Shown here piece by piece: positions 1 through 9,979 of a stretch of DNA of 64,000 nucleotides. A program made the position numbers and the translations under genes. The notes beneath the pieces were generated by a model. The model worked only from the letters and a program-made list of their open reading frames with translations. It made no database searches and was not told the DNA's origin. The DNA comes from a virus, in the IMG/VR virus record IMGVR_UViG_3300020204_000022, positions 8,555-72,554 of that record; one strand, given 5' to 3'. Every line of letters begins with the position of its first letter. Position 1 is the stretch's first letter.

Positions 1-3000
1 GGAAGCTGAAGGCTGGATCCCGGGATCATATGACGTTAACGTTTCAGACCCGCAAAAACTTTTTTACATTACTGACAAATTTGATCAATTTTATTCCTTA
101 AAAAGATTTGAAAATTACAATTCAAATACTTCAATTTGGGAAGATAACACACCACAAGCTGCTCAATTTGGGCCTTTCGAGAATCAAACTTTTGCCACCG
201 GTTCGACTTTTGGAGCTTCTTCCGGAAATTTGGTTATACCAAATCGAAGTGTGAATCTTTTGAACTTTACTGGACCAGGAGAAAAAATTGGGGGTTACAG
301 TGGAATCATCCCATCAACAATTGGGCATGCTAATTCTTTTGTCGAATTTTTAATCCCTTATGATGGACCAACGCAGGTGACTTTTATCATCCAATGGGCA
401 GGAGGGTCTAAAGGAAATTTGAGACAAAAATATGATTTAATACAATCAAATAAACTAGGAGGTACTATCTTGGGATGGAAAGCGGGTTCATCTTACAACT
501 CTGGAGATAATCATTATTTCAATTTAGCAGAAGGAACTACGCAACAAATTGCATCTTCTTTCTGTGAATGTGTTGAGAGTATTAGCTCGGTGGTTTGGGA
601 TTCTTCCCCTTCTCAGAATTTATCAATTATCCGCGTTAGAAAAGGGGGAAGCGATGGAAACACCCAATTCAAAATAGGCGTATTTTCGAATTACAATTAT
701 TTTGAATCAAAGTACCAGGGCGTTTGGTCAAACACAGAATCATATAATATCGACGACATCGTTCTTTTCGATGATATTTTCTTTGTGGCACAATCCATCA
801 TTCCGTCATCTCCAAATGGGTCGAATCCAAATCCTTTAAATAATACAGATTGGGATTTATTTCAAACTTTCACTCCTTCTGGAATTTTAAAGATCTATGG
901 TATAGATGCTTCTGAGTTAAATGGACTTTTGAATTTTCGCGGTGGATCAAATTATTTGAAATCTCGTGTTATTTTTTCCATACAGGAAGAAAATAAAATC
1001 GTTCCTGGGACTTGGATTGAGGTTGAAAGCGGAAGGGGTGTCACTGGGTCTGTTTCTAGAATAAAAGAAGTAACTAGATTTGTGGATGATCCTATTTTTT
1101 CTGGAAATTCTCAAATAACCCCGAAAATAACGGGTTTCAGGGGATTCAATGAATTTCTTATTGCTAATTTAGAAGATGAAAATGCGATCATAGATTTAGG
1201 AACAGACGGGAATTTCAATCTTTTTGAAATTGTGAGTTTGGAAACTGGGGTTTTCTCTTTCTTTGATTTGAAAGACTTTGATTTCGATTTCTTTTCTTCT
1301 AACTACGGAATAACACCTACTCCAGAATTTCATAGATATTTTCAATTGGTTCCAAATCAATCGGGTCAAATTAAGCCAAATGTTAAATATCTAGTTCGTC
1401 AAGGACAAATTTCTTATGATTCTTCTACCTATATTGAGGGACAATCTTTTATTGGATCTTCTTCTTCAGATTTATTTGCCGATTCTGGATATTCGACATT
1501 AGGAATTTACGCCGTAGTTCTACCTGCTATTTTCAGTCAGGTTGGCTGGGTGGATCAAAATTACCCTTACACAATGTCGCAAATTGCGGCTGAACAAAAT
1601 TTGAATTCTTTTATCGGATTTTACGGAATTCAGTCCATAATAGATCCAAACCCTGCACCAAATTCTTTGAACAAACAGGAAGTTTTCAATTATGGAAAAT
1701 TAACAACGGAGTATCAATATCTTCAGGAGAATTTTACAGTTTCTAGATCTAACGTGTCCAGAATTGTTCCTTTCATAAATAAGTGGGGATATCTCGGGGG
1801 AACGGACGTTAGAGGAAACATATATCGTTTGAATTCTTCTCCCGCGTTTTCGCCAACTAATTTTTCTCCAAGTTTCCAAAAGGATAAGCCAAATCCTTCT
1901 TATTTTACCCACGAGTGGTTTATTTTAGAAGGAGTTCCCATGGAATTTCCTTTGTATGGTATTTCCGAGCAAAAAAACTATCTACCCGGTAAAATTGATT
2001 TGGGCCAGGTCAGAAATGCCAACCCTAGTGCTTCTTTGTATACAACATCCTTTTTAACTGTTGAACCTACAGATTATCCGTCCCCATATGTAGATCCTAA
2101 AAACACAACAAAAGAATTTTTTACCCCTTTCTTTTACAACCCTGCAACTGGATTTTATGATTCAGTTTTCAGAGGAGTTAAAATTTCTTTGAAAAGAAGA
2201 AGTAGTAACCCAAACCCAGCCTCAGATTTGGACAAATACATTTTGAATTATAGGGGGTTTGAAGGATATAATTTTTCCTCAATTTTAAGGGTTATTCAGG
2301 AGGACTCTACCACAATCCAATCCCCGGTAACATATGAAATCATAGAAAACACCCAACAAAAATTCGTTCTTTTTGTAACCACCGTGGTAATGAAAGATTA
2401 TAGAGCTTTGCCCCTGGTAAATACCGGGGGAACTGGTGATCCTTATTTGGATTATCTTTTAATGTACAGTTTGGTGGATAAAAAGCAGAATTCGGGGATA
2501 GGATTGACCGGAGATCCTGGTCCTACTGGTTCCTTGCTTTACAAAATATCGGACACCAAATTGTCTTCGGCTTTAGATTTATCGATAACATCTTTATCTT
2601 CAGTAACAACTTTGAACAACAACAATAATGTTTACATCATATCCAATCCAAACTATGATACCGATTTGAGAGAAGAAATTAATCTTTTTTATCCAATAGG
2701 ATCTACTGGAAGTGTAGGAGGAACTGGAGCAGGTAGTTTTGTTGTTCCTAGCCAAAGTTATCTTTACCCTTGGCCGATTGGAAGATCACAAAATCTGGTT
2801 AATTTTCAGGCCATCGATTCTCCAGATTATGTATTCCAAATTCCATTTTCGATTTCTAACCCAGTTACAATACCTGTTGGCCCGAGATCGGCATATGCCG
2901 GATATCCAGTTTTTCAGGTAGAGGGGGGAGGAAATTACTTCGATTTTATCATGAAGAGAATTTCCCTATCTCAAATTTTCGAAAGAGTAAACGTGGAGAG

Positions 3001-4273
3001 CCCTTACATCAAATACACGACTTACTCCTGGGATACTGCCACCAATTCAGAGATCGTTACTCAAAATGAGTTTCAAATTTCTTTGGTACAGCCAACAGCA
3101 ATATTTAAATCTGAGGGGGTTTATCCAGAAAAAAGCTACGACGGTCCCCAAACTTTGAGTAGAAATAAACCTACCGGGTTTGAAATCGTAGAAGGAGGAT
3201 CTCAATATGCATCCGATATTCTAAGATATAATGGGCCATATGAACCTCTCTTCAAAAAGATTTTCAAATTCAAGGGGGATAAAAACGACACATTAGCCAG
3301 AAATACTTATGTTGATCTGAGTTTTAGAAACTGTACTTTCGCTCCTGAACAATCTAATTTTGGAAAAATAATAAATTTGGGATTTTCGAAGGTTTCTTTG
3401 GGGCAAAATATTTTAGAAGCATCCCAAAATTTACCCCAGGGACCAAGATATCCGCTGGTTGGTCAGACGCCAATTTCTTACAAAGATTTTTCTGTTTTTT
3501 TATCCTCATGGGATCCTGGTTATTATAATGTTTTTTCTAACGCAAGAAATCAAAACCCTGTGGCTGGTACCAGATCAATGTTGGAATTAAAATCTTTTTT
3601 GGGATCAAAAATGATGCAAACCCCATATACAATAACAATTTACACATTTATTACATTAGAAATTTCTAGAGAAACCGGAACTACAATAGTTCCTAATATC
3701 AACGAGGCTGCTAACACGGCAGTACCTTTGATCCAAAATATAAACCCCGAAACTTCTAATACGGGTATTGGACAGCTTGGAACTTATTTAAGTACAGTTG
3801 ATTTACCCGTGTTAAACCAAAACATTTTTCCACAAGTTGAAGTTTTCTGGCAGAAAAATCCAGTTACTAACACAGTAAGCGGAATAATCAGATTGGATAG
3901 AATCTTGAGGAGATATCTTCTTAACTCTGGAATTTCCACCGTCTTTGTAAATAATATGGTTTCTGATTTTGGAGTCGGTAATCCTAACAACATAAATGAT
4001 GACATAGACACTTACATCGAAAATAACATTACCCCCATTTATGAGGGAATTTCTTTCAATCTTTTTGTAAAAAAAACCGGACAAAATTTGACATCTACCG
4101 AAATTCTGGTTAGAGGGGATTTAATTAATCCAGATAGAGTAAGGTACGCTTATTATGCCCAGACAAATTTTCAACTGACTAAACAAACGGATTTGATTTA
4201 CTCCTTCGAATACGATTTGTCTAACTCTCAAAATTATTCCATGACTTTTTCATTTAGGATACAAAAAATTTGA
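1..4273 (+). CDS. large virion structural protein, 5'-truncated by the window edge
   Basis: The frame is open from nt 2 (EAEGWIPGSYDV...) into the 230..4273 ORF, so the TTG at 230 is probably not the real start. Ser/Asn/Thr/Gly-rich composition. Lies directly upstream of tail-fibre-like genes. No catalytic motif recognised. Confidence 0.6.
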   Translation, partial: EAEGWIPGSYDVNVSDPQKLFYITDKFDQFYSLKRFENYNSNTSIWEDNTPQAAQFGPFENQTFATGSTFGASSGNLVIPNRSVNLLNFTGPGEKIGGYSGIIPSTIGHANSFVEFLIPYDGPTQVTFIIQWAGGSKGNLRQKYDLIQSNKLGGTILGWKAGSSYNSGDNHYFNLAEGTTQQIASSFCECVESISSVVWDSSPSQNLSIIRVRKGGSDGNTQFKIGVFSNYNYFESKYQGVWSNTESYNIDDIVLFDDIFFVAQSIIPSSPNGSNPNPLNNTDWDLFQTFTPSGILKIYGIDASELNGLLNFRGGSNYLKSRVIFSIQEENKIVPGTWIEVESGRGVTGSVSRIKEVTRFVDDPIFSGNSQITPKITGFRGFNEFLIANLEDENAIIDLGTDGNFNLFEIVSLETGVFSFFDLKDFDFDFFSSNYGITPTPEFHRYFQLVPNQSGQIKPNVKYLVRQGQISYDSSTYIEGQSFIGSSSSDLFADSGYSTLGIYAVVLPAIFSQVGWVDQNYPYTMSQIAAEQNLNSFIGFYGIQSIIDPNPAPNSLNKQEVFNYGKLTTEYQYLQENFTVSRSNVSRIVPFINKWGYLGGTDVRGNIYRLNSSPAFSPTNFSPSFQKDKPNPSYFTHEWFILEGVPMEFPLYGISEQKNYLPGKIDLGQVRNANPSASLYTTSFLTVEPTDYPSPYVDPKNTTKEFFTPFFYNPATGFYDSVFRGVKISLKRRSSNPNPASDLDKYILNYRGFEGYNFSSILRVIQEDSTTIQSPVTYEIIENTQQKFVLFVTTVVMKDYRALPLVNTGGTGDPYLDYLLMYSLVDKKQNSGIGLTGDPGPTGSLLYKISDTKLSSALDLSITSLSSVTTLNNNNNVYIISNPNYDTDLREEINLFYPIGSTGSVGGTGAGSFVVPSQSYLYPWPIGRSQNLVNFQAIDSPDYVFQIPFSISNPVTIPVGPRSAYAGYPVFQVEGGGNYFDFIMKRISLSQIFERVNVESPYIKYTTYSWDTATNSEIVTQNEFQISLVQPTAIFKSEGVYPEKSYDGPQTLSRNKPTGFEIVEGGSQYASDILRYNGPYEPLFKKIFKFKGDKNDTLARNTYVDLSFRNCTFAPEQSNFGKIINLGFSKVSLGQNILEASQNLPQGPRYPLVGQTPISYKDFSVFLSSWDPGYYNVFSNARNQNPVAGTRSMLELKSFLGSKMMQTPYTITIYTFITLEISRETGTTIVPNINEAANTAVPLIQNINPETSNTGIGQLGTYLSTVDLPVLNQNIFPQVEVFWQKNPVTNTVSGIIRLDRILRRYLLNSGISTVFVNNMVSDFGVGNPNNINDDIDTYIENNITPIYEGISFNLFVKKTGQNLTSTEILVRGDLINPDRVRYAYYAQTNFQLTKQTDLIYSFEYDLSNSQNYSMTFSFRIQKI

Positions 4274-4287
4274 GATTCTGAAATTTA

Positions 4288-4297
4288 GAATATATAC
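4288..4297 (+). promoter_or_regulatory. late-promoter-like motif GAATATATAC
   Basis: Intergenic. Ends 18 nt before the ATG at 4315. Member of the recurrent RAWATATA family. Confidence 0.45.
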
Positions 4298-4314
4298 AAA
4301 AAGAACTCAAGAAC

Positions 4315-5778
4315 ATGCCTTCTCTAAATATTTTGACTTTAAATCAGGGGGATACCCAGGAAAATATAAGAAACAAAATAAATTCCAATTTTGATTCTTT
4401 AGTTGCCAATGGTGGTGGGCCTCAGGGATTGCAGGGAGCCCAAGGTAAGCAGGGGCCAGTAGGTCCAGTCGGTCCAAAAGGAGATCCTGGTCAACAGGGG
4501 GTTAGAGGAACAAAATGGTTTGTTCAGGAAAATGCTCCAACCGGAGGAACTGGAGATCCAATTTTAGTGGGTGATTATTGGTTGGATTCAACAAGCGGAG
4601 ATAATCTTATTTATGAATTTGGACCTTCTGGATGGTTTCAGGTTGGAGATACGTTGATAAATCAAGAAATTTTTTACACATTGACCGGGGTTTCTGGTCC
4701 GAATGGGTCTACTGCTCAGAATGCAATTCTCCTAAATTCCCCGATCCCGGAACTCCAAACCTTGGTAATTTCGGATGCAGTTCTTGACCCACCAACAGCA
4801 AATCCAACCTATTCCAAAGTTTTGATTGCTACTAATTCAACCACCAATGATGCTCCTCTTTTAGAATTTGCTAAAACAAACGCAAATGATATAGGTTTAC
4901 CTGCAGATTATACAAGGCATCCCCAATTTAGATGGATGACTGCATTAGCGAATGATTACAATTTACTTTTTACAGTTCCGCAGGATACTCTAACTTTATC
5001 TTCCAAATTTTTGAATTTACAAAGTTCTGGAGTTGTCAGCATTAGTTCCAATGATGATTTGTTGATTTCTTCATCCGCATCTACTCAACTGATTTCTTCC
5101 AATTCTGTTTCCATAAATTCTACAAATAACATAGATATAAATTCCCAAAATCTCAATGTGGATTCGACTGCCTCTACTATAAATTTGACAGGAAGATTTT
5201 CAATAGAATCTAACACATCTACGGATTTTGCAGCAATTATAACAAATCAAAATCCAAATGGGAATGGAATTTCTGTAACTGTTGGAAATTCAACCTCTTC
5301 ACAAACTGTCGCCGAATTTGGAGCAAACAATTTGTCTGTTTTCAAAGCAAGATCCGATGGTAAAGTGACTTTGTCTAAATTTGGAAATGCAGTTAGAGAA
5401 ATAACTTACAATTCAAATAGATTTTCTTTTCCTGAAAATTATTGGGAAATATCAAGTTCGACAATTCCAACTGGAAATACAATATATTTCAATCCTTCTG
5501 GGGCTTACTCTGCTAATCTTGGATTTCAATTTCAAGGAGGAACCGGAGACACGGGATCGTGGGTTGATTTTCTTGAAGAGAATGAATCAATAGAATTCAG
5601 ATTCATTTGTGTTCCTGGGATTCAATATCTGGTTCGAATAAATGGAAGTACCCCCGGAACAAAGGTGGATTTTACATCTTCTAACACAATCAAAAATTTT
5701 CAGGTTACAATTATAAGATTATCAGCTGTGACTAAAATGTATTACACCGCAAATGGAGTCTCTGGTGAAATCACTTAA
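4315..5778 (+). CDS. tail-fibre-like protein with collagen-like Gly-X-Y tract
   Basis: The N-terminus (LNQGDTQENIRNKINSNFDSL) is typical of phage fibre proteins. Followed by GPQGLQGAQGKQGPVGPVGPKGDPGQQGVRG, then a Ser/Asn/Thr-rich beta-type C-terminal part. Confidence 0.75.
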   Translation: MPSLNILTLNQGDTQENIRNKINSNFDSLVANGGGPQGLQGAQGKQGPVGPVGPKGDPGQQGVRGTKWFVQENAPTGGTGDPILVGDYWLDSTSGDNLIYEFGPSGWFQVGDTLINQEIFYTLTGVSGPNGSTAQNAILLNSPIPELQTLVISDAVLDPPTANPTYSKVLIATNSTTNDAPLLEFAKTNANDIGLPADYTRHPQFRWMTALANDYNLLFTVPQDTLTLSSKFLNLQSSGVVSISSNDDLLISSSASTQLISSNSVSINSTNNIDINSQNLNVDSTASTINLTGRFSIESNTSTDFAAIITNQNPNGNGISVTVGNSTSSQTVAEFGANNLSVFKARSDGKVTLSKFGNAVREITYNSNRFSFPENYWEISSSTIPTGNTIYFNPSGAYSANLGFQFQGGTGDTGSWVDFLEENESIEFRFICVPGIQYLVRINGSTPGTKVDFTSSNTIKNFQVTIIRLSAVTKMYYTANGVSGEIT

Positions 5779-5799
5779 GGAATTTATTTTTCAATAAAC

Positions 5800-7866
5800 A
5801 TGACATTCAACACTAAGTATATTTTACCTGGAGATGATGCACAAGAAATAATCTTCAAAACAAATTTTAACTTTGAACAAGTTTTTTTCTCGGGGGTTGG
5901 TTCAAATGGTCCGGTTGGTCTCATAGGACCCACAGGAATAATAGGGCAAGTTGGAAATGATGGAACTATTGGAGAATTGGGATTGTCCGCATCCAAATGG
6001 AATTTTTCCTTTTTACCACCAGTTACTGGGAATTCAAAGCCTGGAGATTACTGGGTTAATACTGGGCCAACATCTGGTTTTTCTATTTTCGAATTCCAAA
6101 ATTCTTCCCCATTCTGGGTGGATTCTGGATTTGATTTGTTACAAAATTCAGTTTGGAATTATGTTATAGGAGTTTCTGGTCCTGGTGGGATCGAAGATAA
6201 AACAGCTATTGGATTTGCAACAGGACCATCTGGGAATACTTTTGTTTTCTCCGATTATAATTTTAGCAATATTTCCTTACAACTCCAGAAACAGAGGGCC
6301 AATCCCACTGGTTCTAAATTTTTGATCGGAACAGATGGAACCAGACCTTTGTTGTCTTTTGGAAAAACATCTTCACTATCCAATTCTTTGCCCCAATTTT
6401 CTTGGGAAGACAATTCACCAACGAACTACAATTTGAAATTTGAATCCCCACAGAATCTACAAATTTCTTCAAAAGGATTAGGTTTGACAGCAGGAGCATC
6501 CGGTGGATCTGTTAGTTCGAATCGAATAACTCTAAGTACAGCAAACAACATTCAAATTACAAATGGGAGTCTTGAAATAAATTCACCATTATTTCAAATT
6601 AATTCGCCCAACTTGAAATGGGACGGTTCTAAATTTTCTGGTTTTTATAAAACGACAATCGGTGGAACTGGGTCAGGCTTTTCTTGTAATAATTCATCTG
6701 GACCTGGATTCAAAGTACAGATTGACGGAACTGGTGCTACTTCTGGAACTAAAATTGCTTCACTTATCTCTGAAGAAACTATCACTTGTTATGAGTTCTT
6801 ACTTGATAATACGGGTATAGGTTCCACAATATACGGATATACTGATTGTGATAATACACCACAAACCATTTTTGTTGGTGCTAATACTTACGTTGTAGTC
6901 TGTTCTATAACAACACCATATAGAATTTCAGGAGCTGCAGGTATTGCACCCGTACAATTGAATTCTTGCGGGTTGGCTTCTATCCCATTGAAAATATTTG
7001 AATCAAGAGGTGTTGGATTCAATGTGGCAGGCGGGGTAATGAAAGGACAAGGAACCTCAGGATCCGGATTCCAAGGTAAAGGTTTATGGGTAAATAAGGT
7101 TGGTTTTATAAGTAATGTACCATGGAACACAACTTTTTCTAACACTTATCCTCTTGGTAATCAATTACAAAACAACAACTACATGTTACTTGATTTGAAT
7201 TCCTCTTCCCCCGATACGATTTGTATAGATGGATCACCAAGTGTGGCTTATAATAGTTCTAATCGTAATACTTGGACTCCCATCGCGGATTCTAGAAGAA
7301 AAAGGGTATATCTACGTTTGACTGATTTTTCTGGAATTTGGGAACCTTCTTCTACCCGGACTTTTACGGTTTTACTTTTAAACGAAGATTTCAGTTTTGG
7401 TGGAATACAAACTGTATATGCTGGGGGAATATCTACTGTTCCAATTTGGGATTCGGGAGATCAGGCTAAAGCAGAAGGAGTCAAAGGATGTAGAAAATTA
7501 AGGCTGACTTTTATCAACGATAGTCAAATTTTTTGGGAGGCATTCAACCAAGTTTGTATTTGCTGGAATGTTTATAATCCAGGACCCGGTAACCTTAATT
7601 TTTCTTATGAAAATTGTTCAGGGGGTACAGGAGCAGTAAGTCTTCAAGCTTATCAAACTTCTTCAAATATTCTTTCTTATCAAAGATTAGGTGCAACTGG
7701 TGGCCAATTTTCACAAACTGGATTAAATGTTTGGAAAGGAGATTTCATTCCTCAAACTGGCTGTGTCTCTTCTGCAACAACATCTGGATTTATACCATAT
7801 AGACAAACACAACTGGTGGTAAGAAACAGCAACCCAGTTTTAGGAGGTGGCGGAATTGGTAGTTAA
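5800..7866 (+). CDS. tail-fibre-like protein (paralogous N-terminus, short collagen-like tract, Cys modules)
   Basis: N-terminus (ILPGDDAQEIIFKTNFNFEQV) plus GPVGLIGPTGIIGQVGNDGTIGELG. Shares the block '[KS]W[FN]...PGDYW[LV][DN]...[IY]EF' with the preceding gene. Two Cys modules (ITCYEF...YTDCDN...VVCS and CICWNV...YENCSGG). Confidence 0.7.
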   Translation: MTFNTKYILPGDDAQEIIFKTNFNFEQVFFSGVGSNGPVGLIGPTGIIGQVGNDGTIGELGLSASKWNFSFLPPVTGNSKPGDYWVNTGPTSGFSIFEFQNSSPFWVDSGFDLLQNSVWNYVIGVSGPGGIEDKTAIGFATGPSGNTFVFSDYNFSNISLQLQKQRANPTGSKFLIGTDGTRPLLSFGKTSSLSNSLPQFSWEDNSPTNYNLKFESPQNLQISSKGLGLTAGASGGSVSSNRITLSTANNIQITNGSLEINSPLFQINSPNLKWDGSKFSGFYKTTIGGTGSGFSCNNSSGPGFKVQIDGTGATSGTKIASLISEETITCYEFLLDNTGIGSTIYGYTDCDNTPQTIFVGANTYVVVCSITTPYRISGAAGIAPVQLNSCGLASIPLKIFESRGVGFNVAGGVMKGQGTSGSGFQGKGLWVNKVGFISNVPWNTTFSNTYPLGNQLQNNNYMLLDLNSSSPDTICIDGSPSVAYNSSNRNTWTPIADSRRKRVYLRLTDFSGIWEPSSTRTFTVLLLNEDFSFGGIQTVYAGGISTVPIWDSGDQAKAEGVKGCRKLRLTFINDSQIFWEAFNQVCICWNVYNPGPGNLNFSYENCSGGTGAVSLQAYQTSSNILSYQRLGATGGQFSQTGLNVWKGDFIPQTGCVSSATTSGFIPYRQTQLVVRNSNPVLGGGGIGS

Positions 7867-7875
7867 TTTTTTGTT

Positions 7876-8589
7876 GTGGAAAATTTTTTCTATGAAGAAG
7901 GAAAGGAATTCAGATATCAGATAGGGGAGGTAAGCACCACGCGGCCCTGGCCCATGCTAACTTACGCGTCCGTCAAAGAATTTTTATTGGATCCTGATTG
8001 TCAGCAAATTTTTTCTAAATATCAAAACGTCTATATTTACGGACATTTTCTGTGGAAAAATTTTCAGACGTGGGATCTTGATTTGGGTTTGGCCTGTGAT
8101 TTTGATATCGCGGATTGGTCACGAATTTCTTCAGATCTCCACAAGCTTTACAATCTGGCTCTAAATAGACACTGTCTTCTCGTGGATATCACTGTTTCAC
8201 ATCTCAATGTTGCCTGTCTTTTACCAACCAAATCCGATCTAGTTGAAAATAATCAAAACACCCCAGCTTCTGAATGGAAATTTCCCAGAATTAGTCCGCC
8301 CCTGCAGGGAAAATATTCCCATAAATATGTAAAAATAAGCAGAATGGAAAAAAAGATAGGAGACACGATTCAAGTTTTTGATTATAGGGATTCCCCACGA
8401 ACTGCACAAAAAACTTCCCTCTTATTTGGTGAGCATTTGGTTATGATCGATTTTTCTGAAGTTGATTTACATGATAAAATCATTAAAAGGATAGCAAATT
8501 CTGAAAAAAATCCTTTGATCAATTTTCTGACAGTTTCTGATTTTTTAAGTCAGACCGAACTAGAATTTATTCAGATCCAGAATTACTAA
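7876..8589 (+). CDS. hypothetical protein (GTG start)
   Basis: 237-aa ORF tightly following the fibre gene. No motif recognised with confidence. Confidence 0.5.
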   Translation: MENFFYEEGKEFRYQIGEVSTTRPWPMLTYASVKEFLLDPDCQQIFSKYQNVYIYGHFLWKNFQTWDLDLGLACDFDIADWSRISSDLHKLYNLALNRHCLLVDITVSHLNVACLLPTKSDLVENNQNTPASEWKFPRISPPLQGKYSHKYVKISRMEKKIGDTIQVFDYRDSPRTAQKTSLLFGEHLVMIDFSEVDLHDKIIKRIANSEKNPLINFLTVSDFLSQTELEFIQIQNY

Positions 8590-8615
8590 TCCCGTAGTTC
8601 GTTTTTTTCTGGAGT

Positions 8616-8625
8616 GAATATATAC
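8616..8625 (+). promoter_or_regulatory. late-promoter-like motif GAATATATAC
   Basis: Intergenic. Ends 20 nt before the ATG at 8645. Identical 10-mer to the one at 4288. Confidence 0.45.
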
Positions 8626-8644
8626 ATAGGATTTAAATTTTTTT

Positions 8645-8902
8645 ATGCAAACCCCGCCTGTTACCCAAGATGAAATGATCTCGACAAAAGATCTAAAAAT
8701 AAAATTCTTTAGAGTGTTAGAAGACATGTCTATTGTGAATGGTAAAACCAAGAATCTTGAAACGGAGGCTGAATATCTCCTGACCAAACTTGAAAATTTA
8801 AGAAATTCAGAAAAAGATTTTACAAATTATAATCCCAGAAGTGGATTCATTAATTATTATTTGACGAAAGATTTAAACACTGTACCTGTCTTTATTTTAT
8901 GA
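8645..8902 (+). CDS. small coiled-coil protein
   Basis: 85-aa ORF. The segment LTKLENLRNSEKDF is paralogous to INHLEDLRSQEQNF in the next ORF. ATGA overlap with the next gene. Confidence 0.5.
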   Translation: MQTPPVTQDEMISTKDLKIKFFRVLEDMSIVNGKTKNLETEAEYLLTKLENLRNSEKDFTNYNPRSGFINYYLTKDLNTVPVFIL

Positions 8903-9150
8903 AAAACCAAATCATGTTAAACGAAAACGAAATCCAAGAAGCAAAAAAATTAATACAAGAATTTGGCCAAATCAAAGACCAAATCCATCTTGCGGAAGAA
9001 CAAATGTCAAGTTTAAACCAAAAAGCAGAATCGTTGATTAATCATCTGGAAGATCTTAGATCTCAAGAACAAAATTTTGTAGAGAGTCTTAAAAAAAAAT
9101 ATGGACCAGGAAAATTAAACCCACTCACCCTCAATTATGAAAAATATTGA
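8899..9150 (+). CDS. small coiled-coil protein (paralog of 8645..8902)
   Basis: 83-aa ORF with heptad-like charged/Leu pattern. Overlapping start and stop with both neighbours. Confidence 0.5.
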   Translation: MKNQIMLNENEIQEAKKLIQEFGQIKDQIHLAEEQMSSLNQKAESLINHLEDLRSQEQNFVESLKKKYGPGKLNPLTLNYEKY

Positions 9151-9970
9151 TTACAAATTGCGAATAATTGTTGGTTTATCCGCCACAATTTTGATTTTTA
9201 TTTTAGCATTAATTTGGAATCTAAAGGAATTAAAAGAATCCAAAGAAGAGGCAGATAGACACAAAAGAAATTACGCCGCTATTCAAGATTCTGTGGTGAT
9301 AATTTCCTCCGAAAATGAAACTTTGTTGGCACAAAGACTTTCTTTGGAATTTTACTATGAAGAGTTAAGATCGGAAAATTTGGATTTAATTCAAAAATTG
9401 GATGTTGAAAAAAGAAAAAAAACCAAAGTGGTCATCCAAACTGTTGTTGAATATCGGGATTCTTCAATCTACGTCCCGGTGATATCCAGGTTCAACCAAA
9501 AAACCCCCGAATTGTATTTTTCGTATAAACCTACTTTGAAGGGAAAAAATTATTTGTCCATAGAAGGAATTTTACCTTATTCTATTACATACGACACCTC
9601 GAAGATTTTGATGGATTCTCTTCGATTGGGCTGGAGAATAATTCCCAAAATTAACACAGAATCTGCACATCTGAAAATAAATCAAAAAATTGACCTCATA
9701 ACAGGATTGGTTAGAGATCCTAAATCTGGTAAACTTTATGTTAGAGCCTCTACTGATTTCCCGGGGATTTCTTTTGCGGAATTAAATTCGATTAATTTAT
9801 TAGACGACGGGGAATCCAAGAGGGCTTTGAGGAATTCAAGAAAACCTTTCGGGATAGGGTTTGGCCTTGGATTAGGTTTGACATCTGGACCTGGGGGTTT
9901 TGTAGGAATGGGTCCTAATGTTGTGATTGGGGTCACTTATTCCCCTAAATTTCTTCAATTCGGCAAATAA
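9137..9970 (+). CDS. membrane-anchored coiled-coil protein with Gly-rich C-terminus
   Basis: N-terminal hydrophobic helix (IIVGLSATILIFILALIW), then a coiled-coil segment. C-terminal FGIGFGLGLGLTSGPGGFVGMGPNVVIG. Confidence 0.55.
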   Translation: MKNIDYKLRIIVGLSATILIFILALIWNLKELKESKEEADRHKRNYAAIQDSVVIISSENETLLAQRLSLEFYYEELRSENLDLIQKLDVEKRKKTKVVIQTVVEYRDSSIYVPVISRFNQKTPELYFSYKPTLKGKNYLSIEGILPYSITYDTSKILMDSLRLGWRIIPKINTESAHLKINQKIDLITGLVRDPKSGKLYVRASTDFPGISFAELNSINLLDDGESKRALRNSRKPFGIGFGLGLGLTSGPGGFVGMGPNVVIGVTYSPKFLQFGK

Positions 9971-9979
9971 AATTACAAA